From assembly GCA_951406725.2 (NCBI GenBank), contig OX597819.1, positions 14,446,001 to 14,510,000 of the forward strand: DNA of 64,000 nt, in the 5' to 3' direction. Within the stretch, counting starts at the first letter, position 1. The number at the start of each line of letters is the position of its first letter. Positions 28,614 through 41,445 of the stretch are shown here, in pieces. The translations under genes and the position numbers were made by a program. This stretch comes from Octopus vulgaris. Taxonomy: Eukaryota. The notes below the pieces were generated by a model. It was given only the letters and a program-made list of their open reading frames with translations, ran no database searches and was not told where the DNA came from.

Positions 28614-28900
28614 CGTGTAAATGTGGTATATATTTACGTGTGGTAAGAGTCTTCCTCCATCGCCCGTTCCTCCACTTGTTCTTAGGCACCTTTTACGGAG
28701 GATTCCAACCTGGTCTCTGATTTCAGTAGACATTCTTTCCACTTTCCCACCAGTATCCGAGGTACTTTTAAGGGTCAAGTGCTCTGCCCTTTATTCCTGA
28801 CTAAGTGGTATTATATATACACATATATAATATATATACACATAGACATACATACATACATACATACATACATACATACATACATACATACATACATACA

Positions 28901-28959
<59 letters not shown>

Positions 28960-29015
28960 CATAATATATATATATATTTATATGTGTATGTATGTATATA
29001 AGTATATAAGTATAA

Positions 29016-29057
<42 letters not shown>

Positions 29058-29099
29058 TAATTATGTGTATATATATACGCATATGTGTATATATATATA

Positions 29100-29448
<349 letters not shown>

Positions 29449-29465
29449 ATATATATATATCATAA

Positions 29466-29835
29466 TAGCGGTCATGCTGGAGCACCACCTTTAGTCGAAC
29501 AAATCGACTTATTCTTTGTAAGCCAAGTACTTATTCTATCTATAGGTGTCTTTTGCCGAAAAGCCAGCTTACGGGGATGTAAACACACCAACATAGGTTG
29601 TCAAACGATGGTGGTGGTGGGGTGGTGGGGTGGTGGGTACAAACGAAGACACACAAACATATACATATGTATATGTATATATATATATACATATATATAT
29701 ATACATATGTATATGTATATATATATATACATATACATATATATATGTACGACGGACTTCTTTCAGTTTTCGTCTACCAAATCTACACACAAGGTTTTGG
29801 TCTACCTAAGGCGTGCCACGCAGTGAGACTGAACC
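29466..29835 (-). mobile_element. SINE family B copy (deleted)
   Basis: gcggtcatgctggagcacc...gtgccacgcagtgagactgaacc. Confidence 0.8.
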
Positions 29836-29838
29836 TTG

Positions 29839-29886
<48 letters not shown>

Positions 29887-29889
29887 TTT

Positions 29890-30037
29890 TTTAAAGCAGC
29901 AGAAAATTCAACAAAACCTGTTACTCTGAGTTCCACGTTCCCGTTCGTCGGACAGTTTTTGCTAGCAAAAACTGTCCGACGAGCGGGAACGTGAAACTCA
30001 GAGTAACAGGTTTTGTTGAATTTTCTGCTGCTTTAAA
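29890..30037. repeat. Spacer-less 148-bp palindrome carrying a hammerhead motif on each arm
   Basis: 74-bp arms centred on gctagc (29961-29966), with two mismatches. Confidence 0.95.
29967..30014 (+). ncRNA. Minimal type-I hammerhead ribozyme motif (variant core)
   Basis: aaaactgt-CCGACGA-GCG ggaa CGT-GAAA-ctcagag-TA-acaggtttt. Confidence 0.55.
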
Positions 30038-30111
30038 TAAAGCATATTACTCTACCACTGGTATTTGAGTACTCTTTTTTCCACCTTGTCTCGCATTTAT
30101 GTGTTTACACC

Positions 30112-30183
<72 letters not shown>

Positions 30184-30197
30184 TGTATGTATGTATG

Positions 30198-30243
<46 letters not shown>

Positions 30244-30270
30244 CATACATACATACATACATACATACAT

Positions 30271-30301
<31 letters not shown>

Positions 30302-30438
30302 TATCTCAATAGATTTGATCCAAATTTGTGTTATAGTGATGTGAATAAAAAACGAAGGGTATGTTTTATATGTTCTAAGAAAGTAATCAGATTATCTAGG
30401 AACAATTTCAGTGCACAAATCTATAAATGCCAACATTA

Positions 30439-30481
<43 letters not shown>

Positions 30482-30649
30482 TATAATTATTATTACTTTT
30501 TTTTTTCTTCTTTCAAATTTTCTTCCATTTCTTGCCGAGTGTCTTCCCGACTCCTAGGGCAAAGAAACTCATAGTGTATATTGGTAGGCCATTAAACCAA
30601 ACTCAGTAGTTCTTTCATTTTTAATTTTTTTTTTTTAAATTTTTTAATA

Positions 30650-30730
<81 letters not shown>

Positions 30731-30901
30731 TGTTTAGAATTTGGTAGTATACCATTCTCTCCAGTACACAATATTATTCAAGCAGAATTTCTGTCTCAAA
30801 TTTGTAGGCATATTGGTTTCTCTTCCGTCTCTAACCCTTGTCTCTTATTACAGTTTTGTTCTTCTTATTCCTTGGATTGCTCAGAAGGTTTATTTCAAGA
30901 A

Positions 30902-31115
30902 AGGCGGCAAGCTGGCACAATGGTTAGCACGCCAGACAAAACGCTTAGTGGGATTTCACCCGTCTTTACGTTCTGGTTTCAAATTCCACCTTGGTCGATT
31001 TTTCCTTTTATCCTTTCGGGGTTGATAAATTAAGTACCAGTTGTGCACTAGGGTCGATGTACTCGACTAATCCCCATCCTACAAATTGCTGGCCTTGTGC
31101 CAAAATTTGAAACCA
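30902..31115 (+). mobile_element. SINE family A copy
   Basis: aggcggcaagctggcacaatggttagcacgcc...gtgccaaaatttgaaacc. Confidence 0.85.
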
Positions 31116-31521
31116 ATTTACACAGCTGAGATATGAGTTCTAAGCCAGATATCCTCACATTTTGCAGAATCGAACCCGGTTGAAATATAATACCATTATA
31201 ACTTAGGATAACAGGATGAGACATATTCATTAGAATCTTCATGAATGTTTTAAATTTTAGGGTTCTACTTTCAGCTATTATCCAAATACCAATTGTTCTC
31301 TTTTCTGTAATGTTTACATCCCAGCCCCTAATATCATAATGAAAGGGTATTATTTCACTCTTGCAAGGGTATACAATAGATTGTACATTGAATTTGATGG
31401 ATGATAAATGAAAGTAGCATTAGATACAAATTACTTAACGGCTGTTTCCTTACTAAGCATGTCTTTAAGCCAGACCTTTTTAATCCAAAATTAAAATATA
31501 TATATATAATATATATATATA

Positions 31522-31585
<64 letters not shown>

Positions 31586-31652
31586 TATATATATATAAAT
31601 ATATATGACGGCAGTGCATCAGCATGGCCGCAGCTCTGAGCTGAAACTAAAG

Positions 31653-31741
<89 letters not shown>

Positions 31742-32080
31742 AGTGCAGAAACCGGTCTACGTGAATCCAAATACTTAAATGTACGTTGGTAGATTGTCTT
31801 AACTTGATTTGCCTTCGGTTGATTTCTGTAGTTATCATCAGTGTATTTTGTCGATTTAGACAAGAGTTTTGACTGTTATTTCCAGCAGGTAAACATACTT
31901 AATATGTCCTTTGACTAATTTCAATCCATCAGCTATTTAATGCTATTTGGGGGCCTGCAATCGCCTATATTATTGATTCTGTTATTATCATTTTTTAAAA
32001 TAGTTACACTAGATAATAACAAAATATCTTCGCAATTTAATTTTTCGTGAATTATTTTTCTCGTGAATTGTTTGCCCATG

Positions 32081-32151
<71 letters not shown>

Positions 32152-32154
<3 letters not shown>

Positions 32155-32531
32155 TAAATTAGAGATAAAACCACTATTAGGCAAATCAAACAATGAAAAA
32201 CTTAAGCCAATACATAAAATTAATTAATTTATATTATTTTAAATATATATCAAAAGTATTAAAAGTTTAATAAAAGATAATGAGTAAAACACTACGATCG
32301 TTTCATGGCTGTCCAATTCGTAATAATTCGAGTTATGGTTACAGTCAATCTTCAGGTAATTGAAATATCTAAAATATAATCAGAAATATTTAAACAATAT
32401 TTTAAAGATATAAATAATATAATAATTTTACTTATAAAAAACTCTATTATCAAACTAGAAACATAGAACTTAACAGTTATGATTATATCAAAATCGACTA
32501 TAATGTTAAATATTAATTTTAATTTATAAGG

Positions 32532-32535
<4 letters not shown>
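32152..32535 (-). mobile_element. (TA)n-flanked probable PLE terminal-repeat fragment containing a hammerhead motif
   Basis: Its end matches 4713-4748 and 39310-39345. It contains the hammerhead motif at 32290-32358. Confidence 0.55.
32290..32358 (-). ncRNA. Type-I hammerhead ribozyme motif with extended helix II
   Basis: Minus strand: tac-CTGAAGA-t tgactgt...acagcca t-GAAA-cgatcg-TA-gtg. Palindromic helix III acgatcgt. Confidence 0.6.
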
Positions 32536-32574
<39 letters not shown>

Positions 32575-32599
32575 GTATGTGTCTATATATATATATGTA

Positions 32600-32865
32600 T
32601 TGTTGTGTCTGGGGAGAGTTATTTTCTTCTTGTGCCTTATAATTTAACACACTTATCGGTAAAATTTCCACTTATTCCTTATTTTTATTTTCCTAAAATT
32701 TTCGTTATGTCTTGCAACCTTTTCAATAGTCTTGAGTAGTGAAATGGTTGCAAGACGCAACGAAAATTTTAGGAAAATAAAAATAAGAAATAAGTGGAAA
32801 TTTTACTGGTGAGTGTGTTAAATTATAAGGCTCAAAAATAAAATGACTCTCCCCAGACTCAACAA
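32600..32865. repeat. Fold-back inverted repeat, arms of about 125 bp
   Basis: 32600-32725 versus 32740-32865, with a 14-nt loop and scattered mismatches. Confidence 0.9.
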
Positions 32866-32924
32866 AATATGCTCCAACACACGAACTGCGGGCTATATAT
32901 GTTTCATAAAAGTGGAACTTCAGA

Positions 32925-33047
32925 AGTGGTAAGATCCAAGCGAAGTGTATACCATCAGCTACTCTTGAGGCCATGGATTAATCTAATCAAGATATCCTTG
33001 GCCTGGAGAGTAGCCAGTCGTATACACCTGACTTGGATTTTACCACT
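32925..33047. repeat. Imperfect inverted repeat, arms of about 54 bp
   Basis: agtggtaagatccaag...ggccatggat / atccttggcc...cttggattttaccact. Confidence 0.85.
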
Positions 33048-33059
33048 ATGTGTGTGTGT

Positions 33060-33094
<35 letters not shown>

Positions 33095-33487
33095 AAGATA
33101 AATTAAATATAGAGATATACTATTGGCAATCCAATAATTTGTTACAATATTACATTAATTACTATGAATATAATATAACATAACATGATATTATATACAT
33201 AATTATAAAATCCATAAAAGGTCAACAAATTGTTTCACCTATATATATTTTTTTCTGATATACATAACCACGTTTCCATTATATATAAAGTCACTTCTGG
33301 GTCTTGGCTTTAGAAAAAGACAAACTTCCGTGTGAAAGGACGGCTGGATTGTAAAAATTAATTCAAATGTTTGTGTTATGAGCGTGAACGTTGACTATTC
33401 GATCATACAGCAATTACAATTAAAAAAACAACAACAAAATCACTTTAACGGACGACACAATCAAGTAAGTGCCATCCATAACCATCG

Positions 33488-34408
33488 AAATTTTGGAAGT
33501 GTTGGTTGGATATCTGTTACATGATGTCGCTCGATCGTGTGCATATTTAACCCTAGCACTTTCAAATTTTATAATTGGAAATACTACACAGAAGAGAGAA
33601 GTAAGTAAATTTTGAAACACTTTAATCTCGAAACGCGTATGTAGTTAATGCTGGTCGTGTTGATTCATTGTTTTTTTCTTTGCCTACGTAAAAATGTATG
33701 TTATTGTCAGGATCACAAAGTTATGATTTCTATTCTCGGCAGTACATTGTGTCCTTCAGCAAGACACTTCATTCCACGTTACTCCAGTGCAGTCCTCGTC
33801 GTAACCAGTAGAATGCTAGTTACTTCGATCCAGTTTTCATCGATCGTTATCGAGTCCGTCTCTGCCAAACTTTTGAATAATTAAATATTTTCGCTATATG
33901 TACAAAATATCTATGTCTATATCAGCGCTCCGCAATCAGTACGCCGCGGCACACTGGTGTGCCACGAGACGATGCTAGGTGTGCCGCAGTGTAACTTGAA
34001 TATAATTCTTTTCTCCTATACTTTCAGTTGTGGAGACGCAATGGCCCAGTGGTTAGGGCAGCGGACTCGCGGTCAGAGGATCGCGGTTTCGATTCCCAGA
34101 CCGGGCGTTGTGTGTTTATTGAGCGAAAACACCTAAAACTCCACGAGGTTCCAGCAGGTGGTGGTGGTGGAGACCTCTGTTTTACTTTTTCGCCCCAACT
34201 TTCTCTCACTCTTTCTTCCTGTTTCTTGAGTAACGCTCCGATGGACTGGCGTCCCGTCCAGCTGGGGGAACACATACGCCACAGAACCCGGGAAACTGGG
34301 CCCATGAGCCTGGCTAGGCTTGAAAAGGTCGCATAAATAAATTTAAAAAATGCTTTTAGTTATATTTTTAGCTAAGATGTGCCGCCGAATTTTGTAAAGA
34401 ATATAAGT
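33488..34408. repeat. Left arm of a 0.92-kb inverted duplication (partner 36641-37562)
   Basis: Near-identical reverse complement. ORF 33648-33884 (+) gives the same translation as ORF 37166-37402 (-). Confidence 0.95.
34030..34340 (+). mobile_element. tRNA-headed SINE family C copy
   Basis: A box tggcccagtgg and B box gtttcgattcc. The head is shared with 49253-49620. Confidence 0.85.
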
Positions 34409-34961
34409 TCTTCATTATATCTCAAACACCTTCTAATTGAAACTCTTTCATGTCCAAGATGGTCGCTTGTCATCACAACATACAACAATAATATATGTGT
34501 GTATATAAATGTATATAATTATCTAAGTCTTCTCCTACGTATAGCTGCAACAAAAATATGTAAATAATTACATCTTCAATACAACAACTCTTTTATCTAT
34601 TTAAATTAGTTGGTATAAAAAAAATTATTGTGTAAATTAATAAACAATAATCTTTTATATTTATTATTTTTTTCGGAGGGATAATTTCGTAGTAGGTATG
34701 AATAGAAACCTAATGAAAATTTCTCTCTTTGTTTATTTCTTATTAGTTAATTTAAACAATAAATTTTTTAGACCAACTAAAAGAGACCCCTAGAAAAAGT
34801 AACATGCTTAAAAAAGAAAAAAAACCAAGTCCTGGGATCATTTCATTCGACTTAAAATTCTTCAATGGGTACTCCAGCATGGCCGCTCTCTGATGACTGA
34901 AACAAGCAAAAGATAAAAGACAAACACCCGGAAGAGAAAAATTTATTTAAGACAAAACAAA

Positions 34962-35341
34962 ATGGCAAGAGCACTGAGAGAGCGCCAACCTCCGCCAGGG
35001 CAACACTAACGCCCTCTCAACGATTGGCCAGGGATGATTGTTTAAAATGAGAATATCTGAAATAAACTCGACTGCTCTCACAATCGAGAATACTAAAAAT
35101 GAACCTGATCGCTCTCAAAAATTAAGTAAAAAAACAAAAAAACAGGAAAAATAATTCAGAATCCTTGTCCGGTACCGGATCGAACCCCAAATCTAATCAG
35201 TTCGTGGCAGTCACGAGAGCAAATATCCCTGAAAGTTTCATCCGAATCCACCCAGCGGTTCTTGAGATATCTTGTCCATGGACAAACAAACAAACAAACA
35301 CGACTGAAAACAATACCTCCGTCTTGGCTAAGGCGGAGGTA
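34962..35341 (+). mobile_element. Helentron-associated / DINE-like non-autonomous element
   Basis: Subterminal inverted repeat acctccgcc (about 34987) / ggcggaggt, terminal hairpin acctccgtcttggctaaggcggaggt, and an internal (ACAA)n. Confidence 0.7.
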
Positions 35342-36208
35342 GAGACAATAAATGTAAGTATGGCGAAAACGTTAGAAACTGAAAGACTCACGAATATTTA
35401 ACGCCTAAACCGAGATGATCTGGTTTCAAATTGCCAGTAACAGCTTAATACAACTAATCAACGTTATTGAATGTCATTGGATAACATTTGATCAGTTATG
35501 TGAACCGCATCGTACGATGACATTACATTTAATAACAGATACGTACATGTCTTCTGTGTAAAGATGAACATTTCTTAAGTTCGCTGGCCGCATGCATCTT
35601 TGCCAACATACATTGCAGCGAAGCTTTACATAGCGTCGTATCGTTATCGGTTGCTATTTCCAGCAAACATTAGTGCCTTGTTGTACCACTATTTCTTATT
35701 TACAACTCTAACCTTTACGGTGCTGGAAAGTGGTATTGTCTTGCAATGATATCTTAAAATAAAACTGAATAATGACATACATACATACAGACACGTACAT
35801 ACATGTTATTCTACATTTATCTATAAAACCATAAATGATGACTTCGTCGCTATTTCTTTGGTCAATAAATTACTGAAAATTAAAGATGGCAGCTTAAATG
35901 TTGAAGCGATCGCATCATAAGACTGAAACCGGTCCAGGTAATCCGCCATTTTCTGTCTGCGGTGTGATTGTATAAAAGACAGTCGGGAACAACTGCCAAA
36001 TGTATTAATTTCAGGTTAATTCACACATACATTGTTGGATGAAATCTTAGATTCATGTAACTGAAGATTACACACACACACACATGCATGCACAAAGGTA
36101 TCTATGTATGTATTTGCATATCTATATATGTTTATACATATATACACACTAACACTCACACATCCATTACTTTCATCTATCTATAGCTCCCTTTATATGT
36201 ATGTCTGC

Positions 36209-36251
<43 letters not shown>

Positions 36252-36606
36252 TGTGTGTGTGTGCCTGCATTGTTTTAACGGAATGACTTTGTAAAAATAA
36301 CTGAAACCGCCCAAACTGGGTGTGAGACGTTTTGTATCCGATGAACAAGAATCGACTCCGATGTCTGTTGATGCTTGCATCAATTCTCACCACAACCAAC
36401 ACCAACATCGCTCCCACCCACTTCTACCTCAACACCCCTCTCGCTATAACCACCACAACAATGACGACGACGTTACCACCACCACCACCACCACTACCGT
36501 CCTCTTGTAATACCTTTTTACATTATAATGCTTTATTCTCAGAAATTAACAATAAACATAAATTTCACATCAAAACACGGAAAGAAAGGATTATATTGAC
36601 AGGGAC

Positions 36607-37127
36607 CAGTGCCCCGCAACTCTTTTTTCACTTGCGGCACACTTATATTCTTTACAAAATTCGGCGGCACATCTTAGCTAAAAATATAACTAAAAGCATT
36701 TTTTAAATTTATTTATGCGACCTTTTCAAGCCTAGCCAGGCTCATGGGCCCAGTTTCCCGGGTTCTGTGGCGTATGTGTTCCCCCCAGCTGGACGGGACG
36801 CCAGTCCATCGGAGCGTTACTCAAGAAACAGGAAGAAAGAGTGAGAGAAAGTTGGGGCGAAAAAGTAAAACAGAGGTCTCCACCACCACCACCTGCTGGA
36901 ACCTCGTGGAGTTTTAGGTGTTTTCGCTCAATAAACACACAACGCCCGGTCTGGGAATCGAAACCGCGATCCTCTGACCGCGAGTCCGCTGCCCTAACCA
37001 CTGGGCCATTGCGTCTCCACAACTGAAAGTATAGGAGAAAAGAATTATATTCAAGTTACACTGCGGCACACCTAGCATCGTCTCGTGGCACACCAGTGTG
37101 CCGCGGCGTACTGATTGCGGAGCGCTG
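36607..37127. mobile_element. hAT (Charlie-like) MITE with a nested SINE C (about 36710-37018, minus strand)
   Basis: TIRs cagtgccccgcaa / ttgcggagcgctg and internal gcggcacac repeats. No clean TSD. Confidence 0.65.
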
Positions 37128-37562
37128 ATATAGACATAGATATTTTGTACATATAGCGAAAATATTTAATTATTCAAAAGTTTGGCAGAGACGGACTCGA
37201 TAACGATCGATGAAAACTGGATCGAAGTAACTAGCATTCTACTGGTTACGACGAGGACTGCACTGGAGTAACGTGGAATGAAGTGTCTTGCTGAAGGACA
37301 CAATGTACTGCCGAGAATAGAAATCATAACTTTGTGATCCTGACAATAACATACATTTTTACGTAGGCAAAGAAAAAAACAATGAATCAACACGACCAGC
37401 ATTAACTACATACGCGTTTCGAGATTAAAGTGTTTCAAAATTTACTTACTTCTCTCTTCTGTGTAGTATTTCCAATTATAAAATTTGAAAGTGCTAGGGT
37501 TAAATATGCACACGATCGAGCGACATCATGTAACAGATATCCAACCAACACTTCCAAAATTT
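36641..37562. repeat. Right arm of the 0.92-kb inverted duplication
   Basis: Reverse complement of 33488-34408. I saw one G/C homopolymer length difference. Confidence 0.95.
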
Positions 37563-37635
37563 ACACAGCCGAATATGAATACACTATTCATTCCCTATAC
37601 CCCTATATATATATATATATATATACTCTGAATTC

Positions 37636-37883
37636 AGTTGAATAAAATTACAACATGGTCTGGTTTTCACGTTTGTTATTGTATTTTTTTTAAAATTTAC
37701 AACGTGTTAAATATTAAAAAAAATATTTTCTAATGTTCATAAATTTCAATTAGCGCTAATTGAAATTTATGAGCTTTTGAAAATATTTTTTTTAATGTTT
37801 AACACACTTCAACGTTCTAAAAATTTTTTTTTAAATATAATAACAAACGTGAAAACCAGACCATGTTGTAACTTTATTCAACT
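37636..37883. mobile_element. Palindromic MITE / fold-back element between (TA)n tracts
   Basis: Arms of about 120 bp, agttgaataaa...gaaaaccagaccatgttgtaa...tttattcaact, centred on tagcgcta. Confidence 0.75.
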
Positions 37884-37925
<42 letters not shown>

Positions 37926-38224
37926 GCTGTTCAAAGAGTCTCTCTATAGTGCATTTTTTCATCCTGACTCTCCAAGAGTCAGACTCTCCAAGATGTATTT
38001 CAAAACATGTGTAGAAGAGTCAACTTCTATATTGAAAATAAAGGACGACACTTTCAACACATCTTATAAATTTTTTTAAAGTCTTGTAAATAATATATTA
38101 TTTTGTAGTCTTATACCATCTTATAAATATCTATTTTGTAATAAAATACTTCGGAGAGCCCTTTTGAACACCACCAGCGCGCGCGCGCGTGTGTATACAC
38201 ACACACACACACATACACACACAC

Positions 38225-38435
38225 AAATATATATATATTTGTGTATCTGCATCTGTCCCTCCATCATCGCTTGACAACCGATGTTGGTGTGCTTACGTCT
38301 CCGCAACCTAGCGGATAGGCAAAATAGACCGATGAAATAAGTACTAGGCTTACAAAGAATAAGTCCCGGGATCGATTTGTTCGACTAAAGGCGGTGCTCC
38401 AGCATGGTCGCTGTCAAATGACTGAAACAAGTAAA
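38225..38435 (+). mobile_element. SINE family B 3' portion
   Basis: gcttgacaaccgatgttggtg...gtcaaatgactgaaacaagtaaaa. Confidence 0.85.
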
Positions 38436-39116
38436 ACAATGTAAAATAGCTTTTGATTTCTGGATTTCCCGTTGAAGACGTTAAAACTTTTACGTGATAT
38501 TTTCTCTCTCTTTTCTGGTTTTCTTTTGTTCTTGCTGTAAACATAAGAAATATTTTTTTTTATAAGTGTTTTATACTTTGCATCTGCCAGAATTCCTGTT
38601 CTCCCTAAACAATGTCCGTTCGGATGAATATGTCAGCCAATTGAGCCAGTGTCTAAATTATCTTAGCGTGTGCTGGCATTTCTCCAACCACTTTTGCTCA
38701 TCGCTTTCGCATTTGCGTCAGTTCACTTTCTCGTTGTTCTGTTATCAGTGAATAATGAATGGTAACGAGATGTCTGAGACTGTTCTCCTTTGCTACTCGT
38801 TTCTATGGGAATATACCACCCGTCGCTTTACAAATTCCAGATTAACGAGCGATAATCGTTTGGTAAAGCCGAGAACATGCATATACATGCATCCATATAT
38901 GCATACATGCATGCTTATACACATGCACACGGACACACGTTTCTAGAGGTCAAATATGCTTAAAGATGCATGCGAGTGTGTTTTTTTCCACAGCGGATGA
39001 TGAAAGACTCGTAGGACAGGCGATAGCTCTCTCTTTCTCTCTCTCTCTCTTTCTGTCTGTCTGCCTGTATCTTTCTCTCTTACTCTCTCTCTCTCTCTCT
39101 CTTACTCTCTCTCTCC

Positions 39117-39212
<96 letters not shown>

Positions 39213-39341
39213 AAATATTAGGGAATAAATCCAAACTTACAGGGAAAAATCAGATTTAGGTTTAAATCCAATTTTATAGTATAAATATATTATATTATAT
39301 TATATTTTGATTTGCCTAATAGTGGTTTTATCTCTAATTTA

Positions 39342-39390
<49 letters not shown>

Positions 39391-39474
39391 CTTCCCTTCT
39401 TTCCTGAGCGTCCAATAATACTTTATTTGTTCCACGTCCTTGCGTTGTTGTGTTTTTTGTTTTCTTGTTTGGAT

Positions 39475-39523
<49 letters not shown>

Positions 39524-39659
39524 GTATATATAGGAGAGTATTGTAGTTCGCTTGAAGCATTGCGTATTGTTTGTAAAATATAACATGACTTGAATGCCAC
39601 AACAATGCAGGGTGGACTATAATAACCGTTATAATTTAATTATCCATAGTCTTATATAA

Positions 39660-39699
39660 TAATAACATTTCGGAATATAAAAATTCCTTCTTCAGATAT
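39660..39699 (-). ncRNA. Hammerhead-like motif (helix I weak)
   Basis: Minus strand: CTGAAGA-a-GGAAT ttttat ATTCC-GAAA-tg-TT. Confidence 0.4.
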
Positions 39700-39838
39700 C
39701 GCTAGGAATTGATCGACTTACTGCTATAACCGTTGGGAAACCACTTAATACATACATACATACATACATACATACATACATACATACATACATACATACA
39801 TAAATACATACATACATACATATATACATATATATATA

Positions 39839-39924
<86 letters not shown>

Positions 39925-39961
39925 TGTGTGTATATATATATATGTGTGTGTATATATATAT

Positions 39962-40531
39962 TTACCAATACTTCATAAAAACCCCAAATTAAAGGAAATT
40001 CTAAACATACACCAAATCATTAAAAGCTACAAACAGCCTAAATCACTTAAAAAGATTCTCACAAAGGCAAAAATATCTTCTGAAATTACGGATGCAAAAG
40101 TAAAAAAATGTGGTAGATCGAACTGTGCAACATGTCCTAACCTATTGGAAGGATCAGAATTCTTCTTTAAAGAGGGACAGAAATTCAAGATCAAATCTAA
40201 CTTTACTTGTGCCTCTGAAAACATAATTTATGTCATAAAATGCTCGGGCTGCCACCAAGACTACGTGGGGTCCACGGGACTATCACTCAGACATAGATGC
40301 ACAATGCATCGACAACAGATTGCATTCCTAGAATATAGAATGATACCTTTTAGTCAGCACATTGAGAAATGCGCAAAGCAACTACAACCACAATTTTTAA
40401 TCTTTCCATTTTACCAATGTGCTTTCGGATCATCAACACAAATTAGACTAAACAAGGAAACATTCTTCATTGAAAAGTACAAACCCAGACTCAACTATCC
40501 AAACATAATAATACAGAGAAATTCACACTAA
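39962..40531 (+). CDS. Penelope-like element C-terminus: Cys-rich linker and GIY-YIG endonuclease (5'-truncated)
   Basis: CGRSNCATC...FTCASENIIYVIKCSGCHQDYVGST...LRHRCTMH...H...RLNKETFFIEKYKPRLN shows the GIY-YIG motifs with a PLE-type linker. The frame is open for 189 codons; the upstream part of the listed ORF is microsatellite. Confidence 0.9.
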   Translation, partial: LPILHKNPKLKEILNIHQIIKSYKQPKSLKKILTKAKISSEITDAKVKKCGRSNCATCPNLLEGSEFFFKEGQKFKIKSNFTCASENIIYVIKCSGCHQDYVGSTGLSLRHRCTMHRQQIAFLEYRMIPFSQHIEKCAKQLQPQFLIFPFYQCAFGSSTQIRLNKETFFIEKYKPRLNYPNIIIQRNSH

Positions 40532-40665
40532 GAGAAAAAGGAAAAAAATTTTTTTAAGCGATTATCTCCCTTACACCGGAAGAAATCACGCACTACCTTC
40601 CCTTATTTAGAACTCTCCGTAGAAAAAAACAAGGATAACGCTATTAAAGATAAACATTACGTCGC

Positions 40666-40704
40666 AAGAAATTTGAAGAGCTAAATGCGAAACCGGTCTT
40701 TCTT
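40666..40704 (+). ncRNA. Minimal hammerhead ribozyme motif in the PLE 3' terminal repeat
   Basis: aagaaa(t)-TTGAAGA-GC taaat GC-GAAA-ccgg-TC-tttctt, about 135 nt downstream of the GIY-YIG stop codon and on the same strand. Confidence 0.6.
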
Positions 40705-40833
40705 TAAAAATTATAAAATTATGTCATTATAAGAAGGAAAAAATTTTTCCAATATTCTCCAGACATATTGACGCAAATATATATATTCTTTAACATTTAA
40801 GCCTCCTGTCGTTTTTTCACTCTTTACTATTTT

Positions 40834-40900
<67 letters not shown>

Positions 40901-41005
40901 TTGAGTTTCATATGAATTAGGTACTTAAGTTTAGGCACCAAAAATTAGTGTGCAATTCTCCGTACAATTTAAAAAATAAGGTGAATAAAATCAAAATAAG
41001 CAACG

Positions 41006-41245
41006 GGATATCCAGAAGTGAAGCAGTACGCCCGTTTCAAGCTGCTCCATTTAATTGACCAATGCAATCATTACATCAGTTTAAATGCCGAGCTATCCTC
41101 AGCTACATAAATAAATAAATAGAATGAATTATTCAATTATTTATGCAGCTGAGGATAGCTCTGCATTTAAACTGATGTGATTATTGCATTGTTCAATTAA
41201 AAGTATCCGCTTAAAACGGTCGTACTGCATCACATCTGGATATCC
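41006..41245. repeat. Diverged fold-back (arms about 110 bp); each arm contains a long-helix-II hammerhead motif
   Basis: Plus arm: atgcag-CTGAGGA-...-AAAA-cggtcg-TA-ctgcat. Minus arm: gtag-CTGAGGA-...-GAAA-cgggcg-TA-ctgc. Confidence 0.8.
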
Positions 41246-41252
41246 TACTTAT

Positions 41253-41312
<60 letters not shown>

Positions 41313-41407
41313 ATATATAGTTGAAATTTACAGTAAAACAAAAGACGAAGCCAGGTGTATGAACAACAAGCAGGTGTATTAGTTTGACTCTCGGGAAAGT
41401 GAGAAAG

Positions 41408-41445
41408 CCTTCTACATTTCGAGCCTACGCTCTTCATCAGAAAGG
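41408..41445 (-). ncRNA. Minimal type-I hammerhead ribozyme motif
   Basis: Minus strand: ccttt-CTGATGA-a-GAGC gtag GCTC-GAAA-tg-TA-gaagg. Helix I is 5 bp and helix II is 4 bp. Confidence 0.7.

Noticed and set aside
33420-33620. ORF with MDGTY, reminiscent of a Harbinger-type DDE motif
   Set aside because: Only one short motif and no other supporting residues.
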